A stretch of 63,528 nt of DNA, counting the filler. It is 16 parts of 16 records of this genome, joined end to end, with 100 filler letters (N's around TTAATTAATTAA, not from the genome) between each part and the next. Parts side by side here need not be neighbours in the genome. Positions count along the whole stretch, not along the records: positions 24,269 to 27,340 come from SRR9670534_624; positions 27,441 to 31,044 come from SRR9670534_629; positions 31,145 to 34,884 come from SRR9670534_632; positions 34,985 to 42,367 come from SRR9670534_638; 12 more parts are not named here. One strand, written 5' to 3'. Made by a program: the position numbers and the translations under genes. Within the stretch, counting starts at the first letter, position 1. Every line of letters begins with the position of its first letter. Shown piece after piece: positions 26,846 through 40,900 of the stretch. The notes under the pieces are model-generated. The model worked only from the letters and a program-made list of their open reading frames with translations, did no database searches and was not told the DNA's origin.

Positions 26846-27440
26846 TATTTTTTACTTTGATATTTTTTGTTATAATATAGTTTTTTGAATTATTATTTGT
26901 CTTCTTATTAGATATAAATACTATTGGCAATAAAATTAACATAATCTAAATTTTTATTTACATACATTATATTATTTATATAATTAATAAGTATAGCAGT
27001 TAATATTTTTATATATGTATTTAGATTTTTATTTTTTAATATTTTATAGATATTTTACTTATACATACATGTATTTAATTTTTTATTTATTAGCTATTTG
27101 TGGTCTTTTTTATTTATACATACCATAATACTCCATAAAGAGGTCATCTTTGCTAAGTACCTTATTCACCTACAGAGAAGCTGAAGTCCAAATACTGGGT
27201 AAATCAAGACAAAAAGTTTTACTTCACACACGTATTCTTTTATTCTCATACTTACTGTTGTTATTAATAATTACTTTTTGTAGGTACCTAATTTGTACTA
27301 TGGTACTGTACTTTAAAGATAGGTAGATTTTATCTACTGTNNNNNNNNNNNNNNNNNNNNNNNNNNNNNNNNNNNNNNNNNNNNTTAATTAATTAANNNN
27401 NNNNNNNNNNNNNNNNNNNNNNNNNNNNNNNNNNNNNNNN

Positions 27441-28944
27441 CCATAACTATGCTTTCTACTCGAGCTTTTAGATCTTGATAACCTTGAATTGCTGTTCTCG
27501 AAGGTACGGCTACAACTACCAAGACAACCTCACTTGCCAACTTTTCGCATTTTAGCAGAAACCTTTTATAGGCTAGCAATCGCTCTGGCAATCCTTTCGT
27601 GTAGTCCAATCTGTCAACACTGAGAATCATTCGCCTAACACTTGTAATTTTCTTTACAAACTGTAATTCACTTTCGAATTCGGAATCAGAAATAATTTCG
27701 CAAATCTTTGTGACATCAATGCTAATTGGAAAAGCACCTATGGATACACCATGTGAAGGCATTTCAATCAGGTTAATCTCTGATTCAATGCCAAGCAAAT
27801 GAAGTAAACAACTTCTGAAATGTCGATTGTACGTATGCGTATGAAATCCAACCACATTAGCACCCAAAAGGCCTTCAAGCAACATTTCTCGATATGGTAG
27901 ACACCTGAACATTTCAGAAGATGGAAAAGGTGTGTGCAAAAAGAAACCAATTTCGGCATTTAAGCAGTTACTTCTGATCATTTTTGGAGTTAACATCAAC
28001 TGATAGTCGTGAATCCATATTAGGGGTTTCGTTCCATCATTGTTATCGTTTTCAAATTCTACAAGGTAAGTTACAATAGAATGACTGAATTACAACTTTC
28101 AATTATGTCACAGTAATTAGTAGTAGAATGTACAGTGTACAATGTACAGTATTTCATTACCATTTTGAATTACATCCTGAACGGCATCTGCAAAAATTTG
28201 ATTAACTTCCCAATACTTATGCCAATCTTTTTCAGAATATTCAATGTATGTTGGTAGATAATGAAAGGTAGGCCAAATAACTTTATTACTGAATCCAAAA
28301 TAATAGCCATTCAATTGTTCCTCTGATAAAAAAATTGGTACTGCATTATAAGCTTTGCGCAGTTCTAAAAAGACAACTACACACATGTATGTATGAAATT
28401 CATACTATGAATGGCAACTTGTCACTGGCTAGCTACTATGGCATACACTGTACTACAATATACACAGCATTACAATATACACAATATTATAATAATATTG
28501 TACTATATAATTGTTGACGGGATTGACTACATAATAATAATAATAATATTGTACCACATTGTAATATTGTACTATATTGTACTATACACAATATTATAAT
28601 GATATTGCATTACTAGTACAATTATTATAATATTGTGTATATACATAGGTAGTAAGTATTGAAAAAGCATAGTTACCCTTTGTGATATCTGAAGCAGAAA
28701 ATATTGACAAATCTACTTGACCAGGCCAACCAACAAACAAAAATTCATATTTGTCATCCAATGCACTTAAGGCAGTTGCCAAACCACCTGGTGAAGCATT
28801 AAACGAAAAGGTTTTATCTTCGACTCTAGTCACTATATTCAACGGAAGACGGTTCGCAACAACAATTATACGCTGTCTTTTTATCGGTTTGCTATCCGTT
28901 GTACTTTCCTCACTCTTTAATAATAAATCATCTGCTGGAAGCAT
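27441..28944 (-). CDS. TPS1: Trehalose-6-phosphate synthase (GT20), 3'-partial. Exons 28944-28677, 28364-28161, 28058-27441
   Basis: IIVVANRLP, SPGGLATAL, FVGWPG, YYFGFSNKVIWPTFHY, IWIHDYQLML, IGFFLHTPFPSSEMFRCLP, GFHT, SVDRLDYTKG, VAVPSR. Confidence 0.97.
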
Positions 28945-29221
28945 TTTCTAAATTATTTCAATAATGGCTATTATTAATAATAATAACAATGACGATGATC
29001 AGATTAAAAATTCAGAGATCAATACTAACTTTCTAAGTCTTGTACATTAGGCCTACTAGTAGTACTTCCACTTGAACGTTAGTTTTTATAGAGAGCCTTG
29101 CAACTCACAACTTATTAAATCTTAGCCCCTAATGTACTGTATTACAATATTAGAAATCGCAATATGTACATTGTACATATTAGACTAATATATCCAGCAA
29201 TGCATAGCTCCATATTTCACT

Positions 29222-29365
29222 AAGCCAATCGATAATCTGACGTAAGCGAAACAGGTACCATCACAATTACCATGGCAATTATGCATAGTTACCATCAAGT
29301 CGCTACCATGGTAGTTATCACAGTTACCATGGTAACTATGCATAGTTATTATCAAGTGGTCGCTG
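29222..29365. promoter_or_regulatory. Motif cluster upstream of TPS: CCAAT (about 29225), CRE-like TGACGTAA (about 29238), palindromic X-box GTTACCATGGTAAC (29323-29336) within a tandem duplication of about 57 bp
   Basis: Motifs read directly; function is inferred. Confidence 0.5.
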
Positions 29366-30008
29366 TTACTGTATACTCTTATTGATAATAAATTTAATAA
29401 TTTAATAATTATCTATATTTTTATATTTTATAATTTGATAATTTAATAATAATTTTAATAATAAGTTTTAATAATAATAAGTTTTAATAATATAATAATA
29501 ATCATAATAATAAATTTTAATAATAATGATTTTCTTCTACAAAATGGTATTGAGTATTTCAGAAATAATATTTTGTTTATTGAATTCAAAGTCTGAATTT
29601 CAAACTCAATTATACTAACAAATATTTAGGAATACCACTACCCTAAAAGTCGCTACAATCCAAGAAAAAATCTATCTACCATTATTGTTACTAGCCTATT
29701 ATTATTAATAATCACTGACAGTAAATCCAGGAGTTCCATCTATATTCTAATAATAAGTAAAACAAAACGTATGAACAAATGCTGCATTATGTTGTTATTC
29801 AGTAAATAATAATAAAGCAGTATTATTTTTATCATTAATAATAATAATAGCGCATTCAGTGTTAGCAAAGTGATTTAAATATAAAAAATTATATTAATAA
29901 ACCTACTAAATATTTAATATTACTATCATTAATATTCAATAATAATTATAGTTATTGCTAACACAACTAAGAAGTAATGGAAAGACACTGGTTCATGTTC
30001 ATGCGCGT

Positions 30009-30449
30009 TCAATCTTTGTCTGGTTTCAAAACTTCAGGAAGCGTCTTACCCTGTTCTTTTGCTGAAAATTTGAGGCAAACGAAGGCCAGCACAACTTTCA
30101 AAACCAGGCATATGAAGTAGCATAAAATGGAAACATATTGTCTTCCTGTGCCATTTCCCTTAAGGTGAACGCCCACTTCATCCAACCAGATGCAGAAATA
30201 GATGAAATCAATAAAAAGTGTAGCTGCACAAACACCAATATTTAACCAATAAACCATTGCCTTCTCTTCTGCTTCCTTGTTACCAATTGGTAGAATTGCA
30301 ATAATGACACAAGCTATGCAAAGGACATGGCTGATCACGTGCCAATAAATGCCAGTAAATTCTGCAGATAAAAATGATAGGCCATAAATAAGCAAATAAA
30401 CAATTAGTATGATTCTCAAAAAGTACTTTGGTTTAGTTATAAAAACCAT
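30009..30449 (-). CDS. Intronless small multi-pass membrane protein, AGTRAP-like
   Basis: First in-frame ATG at 30449; four hydrophobic stretches; ATLFIDFIYFCIW and GR...CLVLKVVLAFV resemble AGTRAP ATIFLDIVHISIF and GRF..LSLLLKPLSCCFV. Confidence 0.6.
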   Translation of the reverse strand: MVFITKPKYFLRIILIVYLLIYGLSFLSAEFTGIYWHVISHVLCIACVIIAILPIGNKEAEEKAMVYWLNIGVCAATLFIDFIYFCIWLDEVGVHLKGNGTGRQYVSILCYFICLVLKVVLAFVCLKFSAKEQGKTLPEVLKPDKD

Positions 30450-31144
30450 ATTCAAAAACTGCTTGGCAGGGTTGGAAGACAAGAAGCATTAGATATTTTG
30501 TTACTGACAGTGAATATTAATAATAATAATAATCATAACATTTGTGATATGTTTATCAAAGGTGTAATGTTTTTCAAAAGTGTAATGTTACCACATGAAT
30601 TCTGGCTATAGCCTTATAAGGATATGCTGTTAGGGTTGGGTTTCCTTATTATTATTATATAAATAGTAGAAAATACGAGTAAGTTTGGTGAGTGTTGCTG
30701 AGCTTCAAAAACCTAACTAAGGAATGTGGTTACAAGAGGCTCAAAAAGAACTAATTTGGAATACACAGGGTCAATTGGTTTGTAAATAATATTTACTATA
30801 AATATAAAACTACAGATTTTATTGTTTACTTTATTAGGCCTATACAATTAATGTCATGACACAATATATTTATTGATTGATTAATACTTTGGAATACAAA
30901 CGGTCTTCCGGTTTTTATAACACAACAATCTCGCTTTTATGGAAATGTTGTATGTAAATCTTACAAGTAAATAGTACCAAACCAGTGTTACTTACGTTAA
31001 TTTTGTAAGTATACATTAGTAGAGTGGTTCAAAATTCCAAAGTTNNNNNNNNNNNNNNNNNNNNNNNNNNNNNNNNNNNNNNNNNNNNTTAATTAATTAA
31101 NNNNNNNNNNNNNNNNNNNNNNNNNNNNNNNNNNNNNNNNNNNN

Positions 31145-31245
31145 ACTCATCGATGAGTCATCACTTTACCTCCCGCTTTAGCTGATGCGTACTCTAAACG
31201 ATAACTCGTCGATGAGTCATCACTTCACCTCGCCCTTTTGTCCGA
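31145..31245. repeat. Tandem repeat of about 59 bp (2 copies visible) with palindromic core ACTCATCGATGAGT, at a contig edge
   Basis: actcatcgatgagtcatcactttacctc at 31145 and actcgtcgatgagtcatcacttcacctc at 31204. Confidence 0.85.
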
Positions 31246-31317
31246 CCCCAAAATATAATAATTTTATACCTTTAATAATACAATAAAATTAAAATTCGAT
31301 GAATTTACAAGTCTTAC

Positions 31318-34300
31318 CGTGGGAAGCACTGAGGTGAATTGACAACATTAAACCAAACTAATTGACAGTAATAAATCAATGTATTTTGATGCTTTGTCAA
31401 GGTATTTTGTCCAGAAACTTTACTTGTGTCAACCTCACAGTCATCATTGGATTGACAAATCTTCGTGATACAATCCTTCAAAGTGGCTTGTAGATACTAT
31501 AATGTCAGAAAAAAATGATGTATATACACAGCATGAATTATTACATTTATGCAAAATAATCATTTTTCTCACGCACTTTTTCTCCGACTAATTTCATGTA
31601 AGCCTCCAAAGCTTTGGTTGTAATGCTGTTTCCTCGTAGCACCAAATTCTCATTATCTGAAAAAATATTAATTAAATTTTAAATTTTTTAAAACTTTTAA
31701 ATTTAAAATATAAATTTTTTAAAACTTTTAAAATTTTTTACAAATTTTTTAAAACTTTTCAATATAAACTTTTTCCTTTTATATTGTTTAAAACTTTTAA
31801 ATTTTAAATATAACTTTAAATTTTTAAAACTTTTTAATATAAATTTAAACTTTTTAAAACTTTTTAATATAAATTTTATTAGACTTCACAATTTTTTACT
31901 TTTAAATTTAATTTATTTGGAATTTTTTAATTTTAAATTTAATTTAACAATATCATTTCTTAAATTTCTTCCACTAATTTTAAAATATGTTAGACTTACC
32001 ACAATTGACATTTTCTATGTCATACATGACCATTTCACCCAGAAACTTTTTAGTTTCATTAACGCATGCCATAATATGAACCATAGAAGTGGCTAATTCT
32101 TCTTTGGCTTTGACTGTTAACAAGGGTTCCAGGGTTTGACATAATTTGACAGCATTTTTTGAAATAAACTATAATAAAGGAGCCCATTAGTTGCTAAGAG
32201 GAAGCAAATAATAAAAAAAATGCATAATACATCTGCTAGCTGTCGATAACACTGGATTGGTAATAATTGAATGGAGAGATATTTGGCCTTTACCCTAATA
32301 TGGGGTAATTCAGAACTTTTTGATGATAGCTTTGCACCCTGCTGAATATCCAACGAATACCACTTTTCCACGGGTTGACGATCCGTAACATTTCCTATTG
32401 GAATGTCAACAATACCGATCAAAGTATCCTTTTTCTTCTTCTTGTCGGATTCCTTGTAAATATTGACTGTGAGCACTTCCACTTGGCCCAAATCCCTGTT
32501 TAAAGAAATAAAACATCACAAACGAGACTAATTAAAGGGCAAAAGCCGCAATCAAAGTCTCACTCATTGCTACTTAATAAAAAGGCGTCAAAATTTTAAT
32601 AATACTTAAAAATTGTTAAATTTTTTAAAATTACTTGAAATTCTCTATTTTTTTTTAAAAAATGCAAGGTTAAAATTTCAAATTTCAAAGTTTCTAAACT
32701 TTTAAATTTTAAATTATAACATTTAGAAATCAAAGTTTTTAAATTTAAATTAAAAATTTTTGAAATTTAAAGACTTTAAATTAAAATTTTAAATTAAAAC
32801 TTTCAATTAAAACTTTAAATTAAAAATTAAAAATTTTTGAAATTTAAAAATTTAAAAAAGCAAAAGTTTCAAAATTGAAAATAATGTTCACAATTCATCT
32901 ATATTTTAAAAGTCACGTGACTTACGTAAAGTCAAAATATTCTCCCCAAAAGAGCATGTCATTCTTAACTTTTGAAGAAGTAACAGCAAAAAGGTTCTTG
33001 TCCAAGCAAATTTCACAATAGTACTTTCTTTTGCTGGGTAGTCCTTTAGCTTCCAAAATCCATATAGACAGTGAATTATCAATGTGACGTTGATTAGATT
33101 TATCCATTGGCACAGAAGCTCCATTGAGGCTAAAACAACCGTTAATGTACATACATATATTGATATATACAATAATTAAATTATTGTACCACGTACCAAT
33201 GAATCCAACGTTGCCTTTCAACGTCAGATCTGCATGAACAAAGACAGTACGAGTTCTTTCCATTGGGTATCTCAAATTCAAAAGTATGTTTTCTATGAAA
33301 AACCGAAGGATGTATGGGTTGAGCATGAGAAGACGAAGAATTTTGATCAATTTGCTCCGGGTTAATCAAATGAAGCTTAGAATTGTGTCGAGGATTAATT
33401 AATGACTCTTGCGATCTACATGCTCTGATCTTGCTTCTATAGGGACAAAAAATGAGTAGTAATGGATTATTTGCAAGCAAAAAAAAAAGATAACAATTCT
33501 TACTGATCAATAAGATTATTTTGACTTGATGAATTAATTCTGCGACTGCTGCTATCAAGTTTTGTCGTAGATTTGGTTCTTTTTAAGACGTTCCCAAGGA
33601 CATTATGTCGGGTTGAATGCCTTCGATTAAATATTCCAAAAGCAGAAAAACGGCTTCCTCCTCCTCCTCCTGCTCCACTGCTGTTACCACGTTTTTCAAG
33701 ATTATTGTCGTGTAGAAACATGGGTTCGCTTCCTCTTCGCGCATTTATTAGAGGTGACCGTTGTTGCTGAATAAAATTTGTATTGTCACCTTCTTCAAGA
33801 AAAGAGCTTAAATCAAAGGTATTGTAGGCAGCTTGATCATTCGAGGTTGGAAAATCTAAACACAATAGTAAAGTTTCTAAAGTATCGTTGAACATTTTTA
33901 AAATAATTTAAAATTTTTCAAAATCAGCAAAATATTTTAATAAAACTCATTTTCAAATTGTAAAGATTTTAAAAAAATTAAGCATAAAAAGCCTATATTT
34001 AAACATTTTCAAAAATTTTAGTAAGTTTAAATTTTTTTAGTTTTTTAAACACTTTTAATAAATTTAAAAATTTTAAACAAGCTAACTGGTAATAAATCAC
34101 AACATATGATTTACGTATTATTCACAATATAATGAAAATATTATTTAATAATATTATTCACGTACAAGTATAAATCATGTGATATCACTACACCTACAAA
34201 GGACAGGTAGTAAAATGAAGAGCAAATAGTAATACAGTAATATTTATGCAGTAAACAGGAGAAAGGTCTCTTTAATAATACATAACATTACAACAGACCA

Positions 34301-34416
34301 GGTTGTTCAATTTTGATCAAAGACACTTTCCTATCACTTGAGTTTGAGCTGGAGATGGAGGAACATTTCTTGACGACACCAGAGGAAGAGCCAAGGATCT
34401 TTAAGAAAGAGCACAT
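31318..34416 (-). CDS. Ras GTPase-activating protein of the DAB2IP/RASAL2/SynGAP type (PH-C2-GAP), 3'-partial, about 8 exons
   Basis: LKRTKSTTKLD, RSQESL, CRSDVERQRWI (PH), LSIWILEAKGLPSKRKYYCEICLD..LFWGEYFDF (C2), LEPLLTVKAKEELA, LVLRGNSITTKALEAYMKLVG (Arg finger). The first exon at 34416 is inferred from phase. Confidence 0.94.
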
Positions 34417-34984
34417 CAAGACAATTGTATTTACAGTAAAGAAGTTAGGCGTAGAGAACAGCTTCTGCTTTTAAATGCAAATGACCACAGATACTCTTAT
34501 GGTCCAGGGTTATTATAACTTGGAATTAGGCCTGATTACTTAGCCCTACAATCTAATTTTTATCGATCATACCCTAAATCAATTGCAAACCTGGCTGCCG
34601 CCGCCGCCGCCGCTTCAAATACACTTAAAATGCTCCATTATTATCAAAAGTTGACAATAATAAAAACATAGTTAGGAGCCTTTTGTATCTTGTCACTTCG
34701 TGAATTATAAACAAAAAAGTTTTTTCACCCAAATGTGAAGTTTCCTATTTATACTGGGATAGTTACTGGGAGGATAATATAATATGTAAATTTATGAGCA
34801 TGTTGCTATTTGGACAAAAAACATAAAATTGTAATAATATTCAATCTTCTTTTTATAATATCTAATATAATAAAGTTGTTTTTGNNNNNNNNNNNNNNNN
34901 NNNNNNNNNNNNNNNNNNNNNNNNNNNNTTAATTAATTAANNNNNNNNNNNNNNNNNNNNNNNNNNNNNNNNNNNNNNNNNNNN

Positions 34985-37900
34985 AGAAATCCATTGAGGT
35001 AGTCCCTTATCAAAAGAAGTTATTTTATTTTCAATCAAATATTTGATTAAAGCACATAGGTTTGGCATGCATTCATGTGAGTTCAGTTGGTCAAGTTCCA
35101 TTAAAATTCCACCTTCGTTAACATCAGAAAAAGACCCTATAGCATTGGTCGCAACACCTTCGCCTTTACTGCTTTTTGATGTTTCTTCTAGAAAATCCTC
35201 TTTGTCCGCAAAAGATTGCGAAACTACTTTCGACTGACTAAACAAAGTGCTGCTTTGAACAGTTTGTGATGCATACTGCCCAAACTGTCTCAACGGTTTA
35301 TAAATTCTAGAAAAATCTTGCTGCAAACCCGAAAATTTTGCTTGATAATATCCTCTAGGCAAATAATTTTCAAAATCAACTGCAAAAGAATATAATTTAT
35401 TGAAATCAATTAAATTTTTCCAAAATCCATCTTGGGATAAACCACCAGCATCGGAAAAAACAAAAGTATTGAAAAGTTTCTCTTGATTGCACACTTTCAT
35501 GAGAATACTGATCAAGCAATTGAATGCTGCACAATGGTAAAGTCTACCAGCATCGCCAGTCAACTTTCCATCATGAAAATTTGTTTCATGCCGTGATAAA
35601 CTTCAAAATGAGAAGGGTTACTTTGTTTAATGTTAATAACATTATGGAGTAGTTAGTTTTATTGTATACATTAATTCATAATAATGTACATATAGCAACT
35701 AACCTAAGAAGCTTTTTAGTCATATCCTTGCCATCCTTAGACTGAACATTACCATTAAAAGCTTGATTAATCAAGGAGTTAGTACTATGAACTTCATCAA
35801 TTGACAACTTATCATAAAGAAATTGAAGTAGCTTAAAACCAAGCGTTTTTGAAACTATCTGTTTGTCCAGTTCTGCCTGAACCTAACATTGTATATTCAT
35901 TAAATTAGCGTTTGACAGAAACAGAGCTCAAATCTTACCAAAGAAAATGAGGAGGCTTCAGGATCAACCAAGCTTACAAGGTTTCTGATATGTATTTTGA
36001 AGAAACTTATTAAAACAGAAGCCGAACATTTTGACAAACAAATTAAAAATATCTTAGTAAAAATATTTTCACGAAACACTTCTTGATGTTGGTTGCCAAA
36101 ACACATATCATACATATAATTTAATATGTCGAGTTGGTCTTCTAATCTTGTTCTAAAGAAATTAGTAGGATTAATTGCATATTTGTCATACAATTTTACC
36201 TTTTTGCAACCCTTGTGGCATATGTCTCAAAATGATCTTTTAACGAACTTTCATAAGCATGAACTTTTTCTCTGCAAACCACACCGATAACTATTTTCAG
36301 GATTTCCAAGTTTCCAGTATAACTAAGAGTGACCATCAACTAAAAGAGTAATCATTAACAGAGAAGATTTTTCGCATGTCATGCTATGGAATGACACCTT
36401 ATCTAACGCAGAACTGTATGCCATATATTCCGTCGAACCTTTTGACAATTCATCACTTCGCAAAGGAAAGTGTCTTTTTACAACAGCCTTGATTGCGTTA
36501 CTAAAATGAGAGAAATTCTCGTAAGCAATATCGACATCTTTTTGCAACATTTTGTGTTTATTAAAAAACTTACATTATGGTTATGTTATGGGACATCTTA
36601 GCTCCTGGTAATGGCATCAAGAAAAAGAAACATAGATCAAGAGCTGGAATCTAGATAAATAACAAACTTGGATTGACCAAACAAAAATGCAGCATGTCAA
36701 AATAAAATAAATTTAGCTTACAAACTAATATAATAAGCTCGCTCACCTTTTGCATGAGAGACAATTCAAGAGATTCCAAAACTGCACAATATTTTGACAC
36801 TATGAATGCTAGGATATCGGCACGCTTCTGTTCGGTAACAATCTAACAAGATTGAAAAAAAATTGAGGAGACTTCTACTTGCATATATACAAATATTTAT
36901 AATTTATTTTATGCATACATTATATTTCAAAAAGGATACCTTTGCATTTATTAACAACACCTTTGATAGCAATGAAATAAAATTTTGATCAGCCTGAGAA
37001 TCTTTTCCATAATAGTCATAATACACCTCAATAATGAACCTGTTCACTTTTTCTCCAAACTCCAACCTCATACTACGATCATGATATAAGCAGTCTAATA
37101 TTCCATTTTGAAGAATTTCTAGTAAGTTATGAATGGAACCACTGGAAAAATATTTCTCAAAAAGTAGAGATATGGCAATTTGAGAGTAGCGAGTAAAATA
37201 AGCTGAAACTTCTTTGCTGAATCCACTGTAAAAGTCTACATTCTCTGATATTGCTTGAACTAGTGTAGTCAACACATGGTAGTGTTGATGAGAGCAGTTG
37301 AAGCAAAATAACAAGCAACCAGCAGAAAGTTCTTTTAGTGTATGGTCAGAGTAATATTTTGTCTAAAAGTACACTAAATGACAACTACAATTATAATAAT
37401 TGTATACGCTAAACGCAACAAATAATGAACCTCTGATTTAAGCTGCTCAATTATAGACGAAATAATGTGCTTTTGCTCAGAATCATTTAGAAGATTGTCT
37501 ACCAGTGACTTGATGCTAAAAAACTGAGTCCATCCACTAAAAAACTGCATTATGCTTTTAGGGTCATCAGAAGTATCACTGTGAAGTGATAATTTTTCAA
37601 GTAAGATAAAATGAAGATTTTGTAGTTTAATCTTTCTAAAACAGTAAAGACAACATTAAATTCTTTCAGTTAAAATACTTAAATATTTACTACTAATATA
37701 TTAAAATAGCATACCTTTCACTAAAAAATTTCTGAAGGAATGTGAAAAAATCCTTGAACAGATTATCCTGCTTTACAATAGACTTTAGAAACACTTCAAT
37801 CTAAATTAATCGAACTAGGTATTATTCTAGGAATATGTGCTATAAAAAATATAGGTCATAAACATTATAAGCAAATATTTAACTTCAAACTTAGGTACGA

Positions 37901-40900
37901 TATGTACCAGTTTTGGTAGTGCTTCAGAAGTTTCTTTGTCATTAAGATTATAACCCACATGGCCTGCATTTATAACGGTCTCTATAATCAAAGTCCAAAG
38001 AGTCTCATTGAATATTTCAGAAACCTAAAATTTTCGTATAACATTATGCAATCTCTGCTAATGACATTTTTCTGAATTGATAAATCAGCATTACATGTCT
38101 AATAGCTTGACTTGAGGGGTTGTTCTGCAGTATTAAGGTAAGGAAATGAATAGTTCTTATATAAATGATGCATCTTTTCCTAAAACTCGAGTAATAATTA
38201 TTTCTATTTAAACGTATAATAAGACACATATTGCAACCATCATATGCATACTCTTGGAAAGCATTCTTTTCAAAATGATTCATTGGTTCTTCGTTAAAAA
38301 TAAAAGAATCAATAGATTTGTTTGCAAAAGTGTTTAAAAAGAAACTGATGCTAGAAAATATTTTAACTTCTTCACCTCCTTAAAATAAAAAATCTCGTTA
38401 TCACACTGTTTATAGTTAGTAATCACCATTGGTTTCACCAATTAATTACTAATTAATTTTAAAGTTAGTAATTACTAATTAATTAATAACTAAGTATCAA
38501 TTACGTACCCATCAACAGTTGAGAAAGAATTGCCGATGGAAAACATCTTTTTGATATGCAAACACAATAGCTATCCAGTGAAGCAATAAAGACATCAATC
38601 CAATGAAAAAGACTTTCAAGTGTCAAATTTGCCATTTTTGGAATGGGAACTTTTGCCAAGCATGCACTTTCTAAACTTTCACTTCCTTCAATTCTAACAT
38701 AGAACAAATTACTTTTATTATGTAAGATTTTGCGGCAAAATAGCTTGATAGTTATCACCTTTTAACAAGTGTAATGAAAACAGATTTACTAAAATGACTC
38801 TTCATAAAAGCATTTATTCCTTGGTTATCTAAAAATAGTCATGAGCTTTTTATGCACGTGCGGTGTATATTGGAGGAAACAGAAGTGACACAAACTTGAT
38901 TTTTTGCAAATGTCATCAAGTATTTCAATACACATTCGTCGAAATTCTGTCTCAGGTCGATTAAACTGATCAAGTAGAAATAACTGACAACCAGTGGTTG
39001 TGCTTTCCTTCCAGCCCCTACATTTTCATCTTTATTATTAAGTAACATAGTAACAAAATTGCATTTGCAAAACACATAAATTGTTTTTTGAAAAACACAA
39101 ACTTAGGTAATTTTCTGCTAGAACTGGGTAAAGCCAGTTCACTTGCTTTGTAAATGATAACTTTTTTGATGTGCTGTATGGCATCTTTGCATGCATCTAT
39201 GGTACCCAAAAAGTTACTGTCATGATGAGCAATTGCCAAGCTTTCCAGATAGAAATTCAAAATGTAAAAGGAATATGTATTGACCAAATGTGCATCTTCT
39301 CTGAAATGCTGGTAGTAAATGTTTTTGTTCAATATTTATAATATTACCGAAATAATGCATAAATTTGAGAAAATCCTTTAGCAGAACCCATTCTTTTAAA
39401 TGGGTTCGTGTGAAGAGCAAAGCTGTTTAGCTTTTTGATAATTGCTTTGGGCCCACCACTTCTAACCTAAATTAGTAAATGCAATTGCTATATTTAAATA
39501 TACTTTACTATTGGTTTAATGTTATTGTTAATTTTTTAATCCAACTTATCCTGCTAAATTAGTAGGCTACTAATCATAATTATGACACAAGTCATGATTA
39601 ATAAAAAAAGCAAACACCTTGTCTGAAACTTTTAGGACGTATTTGAAAAATTCTTTAAGACTTGTAGCTGAAATATCACGAACACCTGGATCTTCTTCGT
39701 TAACTAAGCCATCCTGAAAATTTAAACTTTTAAAATAGACAAATATACACTCAGTAAATATTATTATCATTTGACATGATTTTGATTTATCAATCTTATA
39801 CCATTATGGAGTTCAATAAAATAAGAAAAGGCTCAGAATTCGCCATTTTGCCACTAGCAAACCAGTGAATAGTCTGTTCAAGCAACGGGCGAAATATCTG
39901 TCTCACAAAGAGATCAAAATGGACAGAAAGTTTTAACAACACTGGAAAAAGTCGCTCAAATAGACATTCAAAATTCAACTAAATGATACGTTAATTAAGT
40001 TATTGACAATAGTGCAATATGTATTGATATAATCATTGCAGTGCACAACAGCTGTTTATTGCATGGTAGTGTATCTACTGTTTACAACATGTACTTACAC
40101 ATACTGCTATCTAATAGATAGTATCTATTTGTATTCTACCAGCAAGATCAGGCCTTGATGACCTATAGTACGGACTGTAAATCATGTAGCTATTTCGGAG
40201 GTACTATATATATACAATGAATACAATTGCACGTATATCTGGTGCAGAAGTTCAATGAACAATTATGTATTACATGTATTACAATTACTATGTAGAAATT
40301 TCCGTGCTACGTTACGTAGCCTACGTACCACATGCAGAACACGCTATACCCGATAGGATAAGGCACAATTGCAGGAAGATGCCGACTGATTACAATTATA
40401 AAAAGAGCGGTAAAACTTGTATATTTAACATAGGTAAGTGTAGAATACCAGTATACCAATAAACGTGCGTACTGTCAACATGTTTACTGCAGTATCATGG
40501 TATAGGCCTATGTGGAATAATTTACTCACTTGTTCAGCACGGCCACTATATTGTACACTTGCCCCAATAACGTACAAATATATCGAGTGAAGCAGCTCAC
40601 AAGCATTGGCTTGAGACTGCCTTTCACTGCTATATAAAGCCAAGTCAACGACTTCGGGCAAAAATTCGTCCAAATATATGTCACATTTCAAGTCTGGAAA
40701 CGGCAGAGGAAATTTTACAACATTACCTTTAGTCCAAGCCATTGCCTTCTTTGTTAATTCTTCATCAAAATTTGACAAAAGTGCCTTGTTTCTGGTACTA
40801 CCAATTTCACCCAAGAATTTCCAAACATTTATTTGAAATTCCTTCAACGTTATTTCTGATGAATGCAAATGACGAAATGCTCTGTCCATTTTCTAAAATG

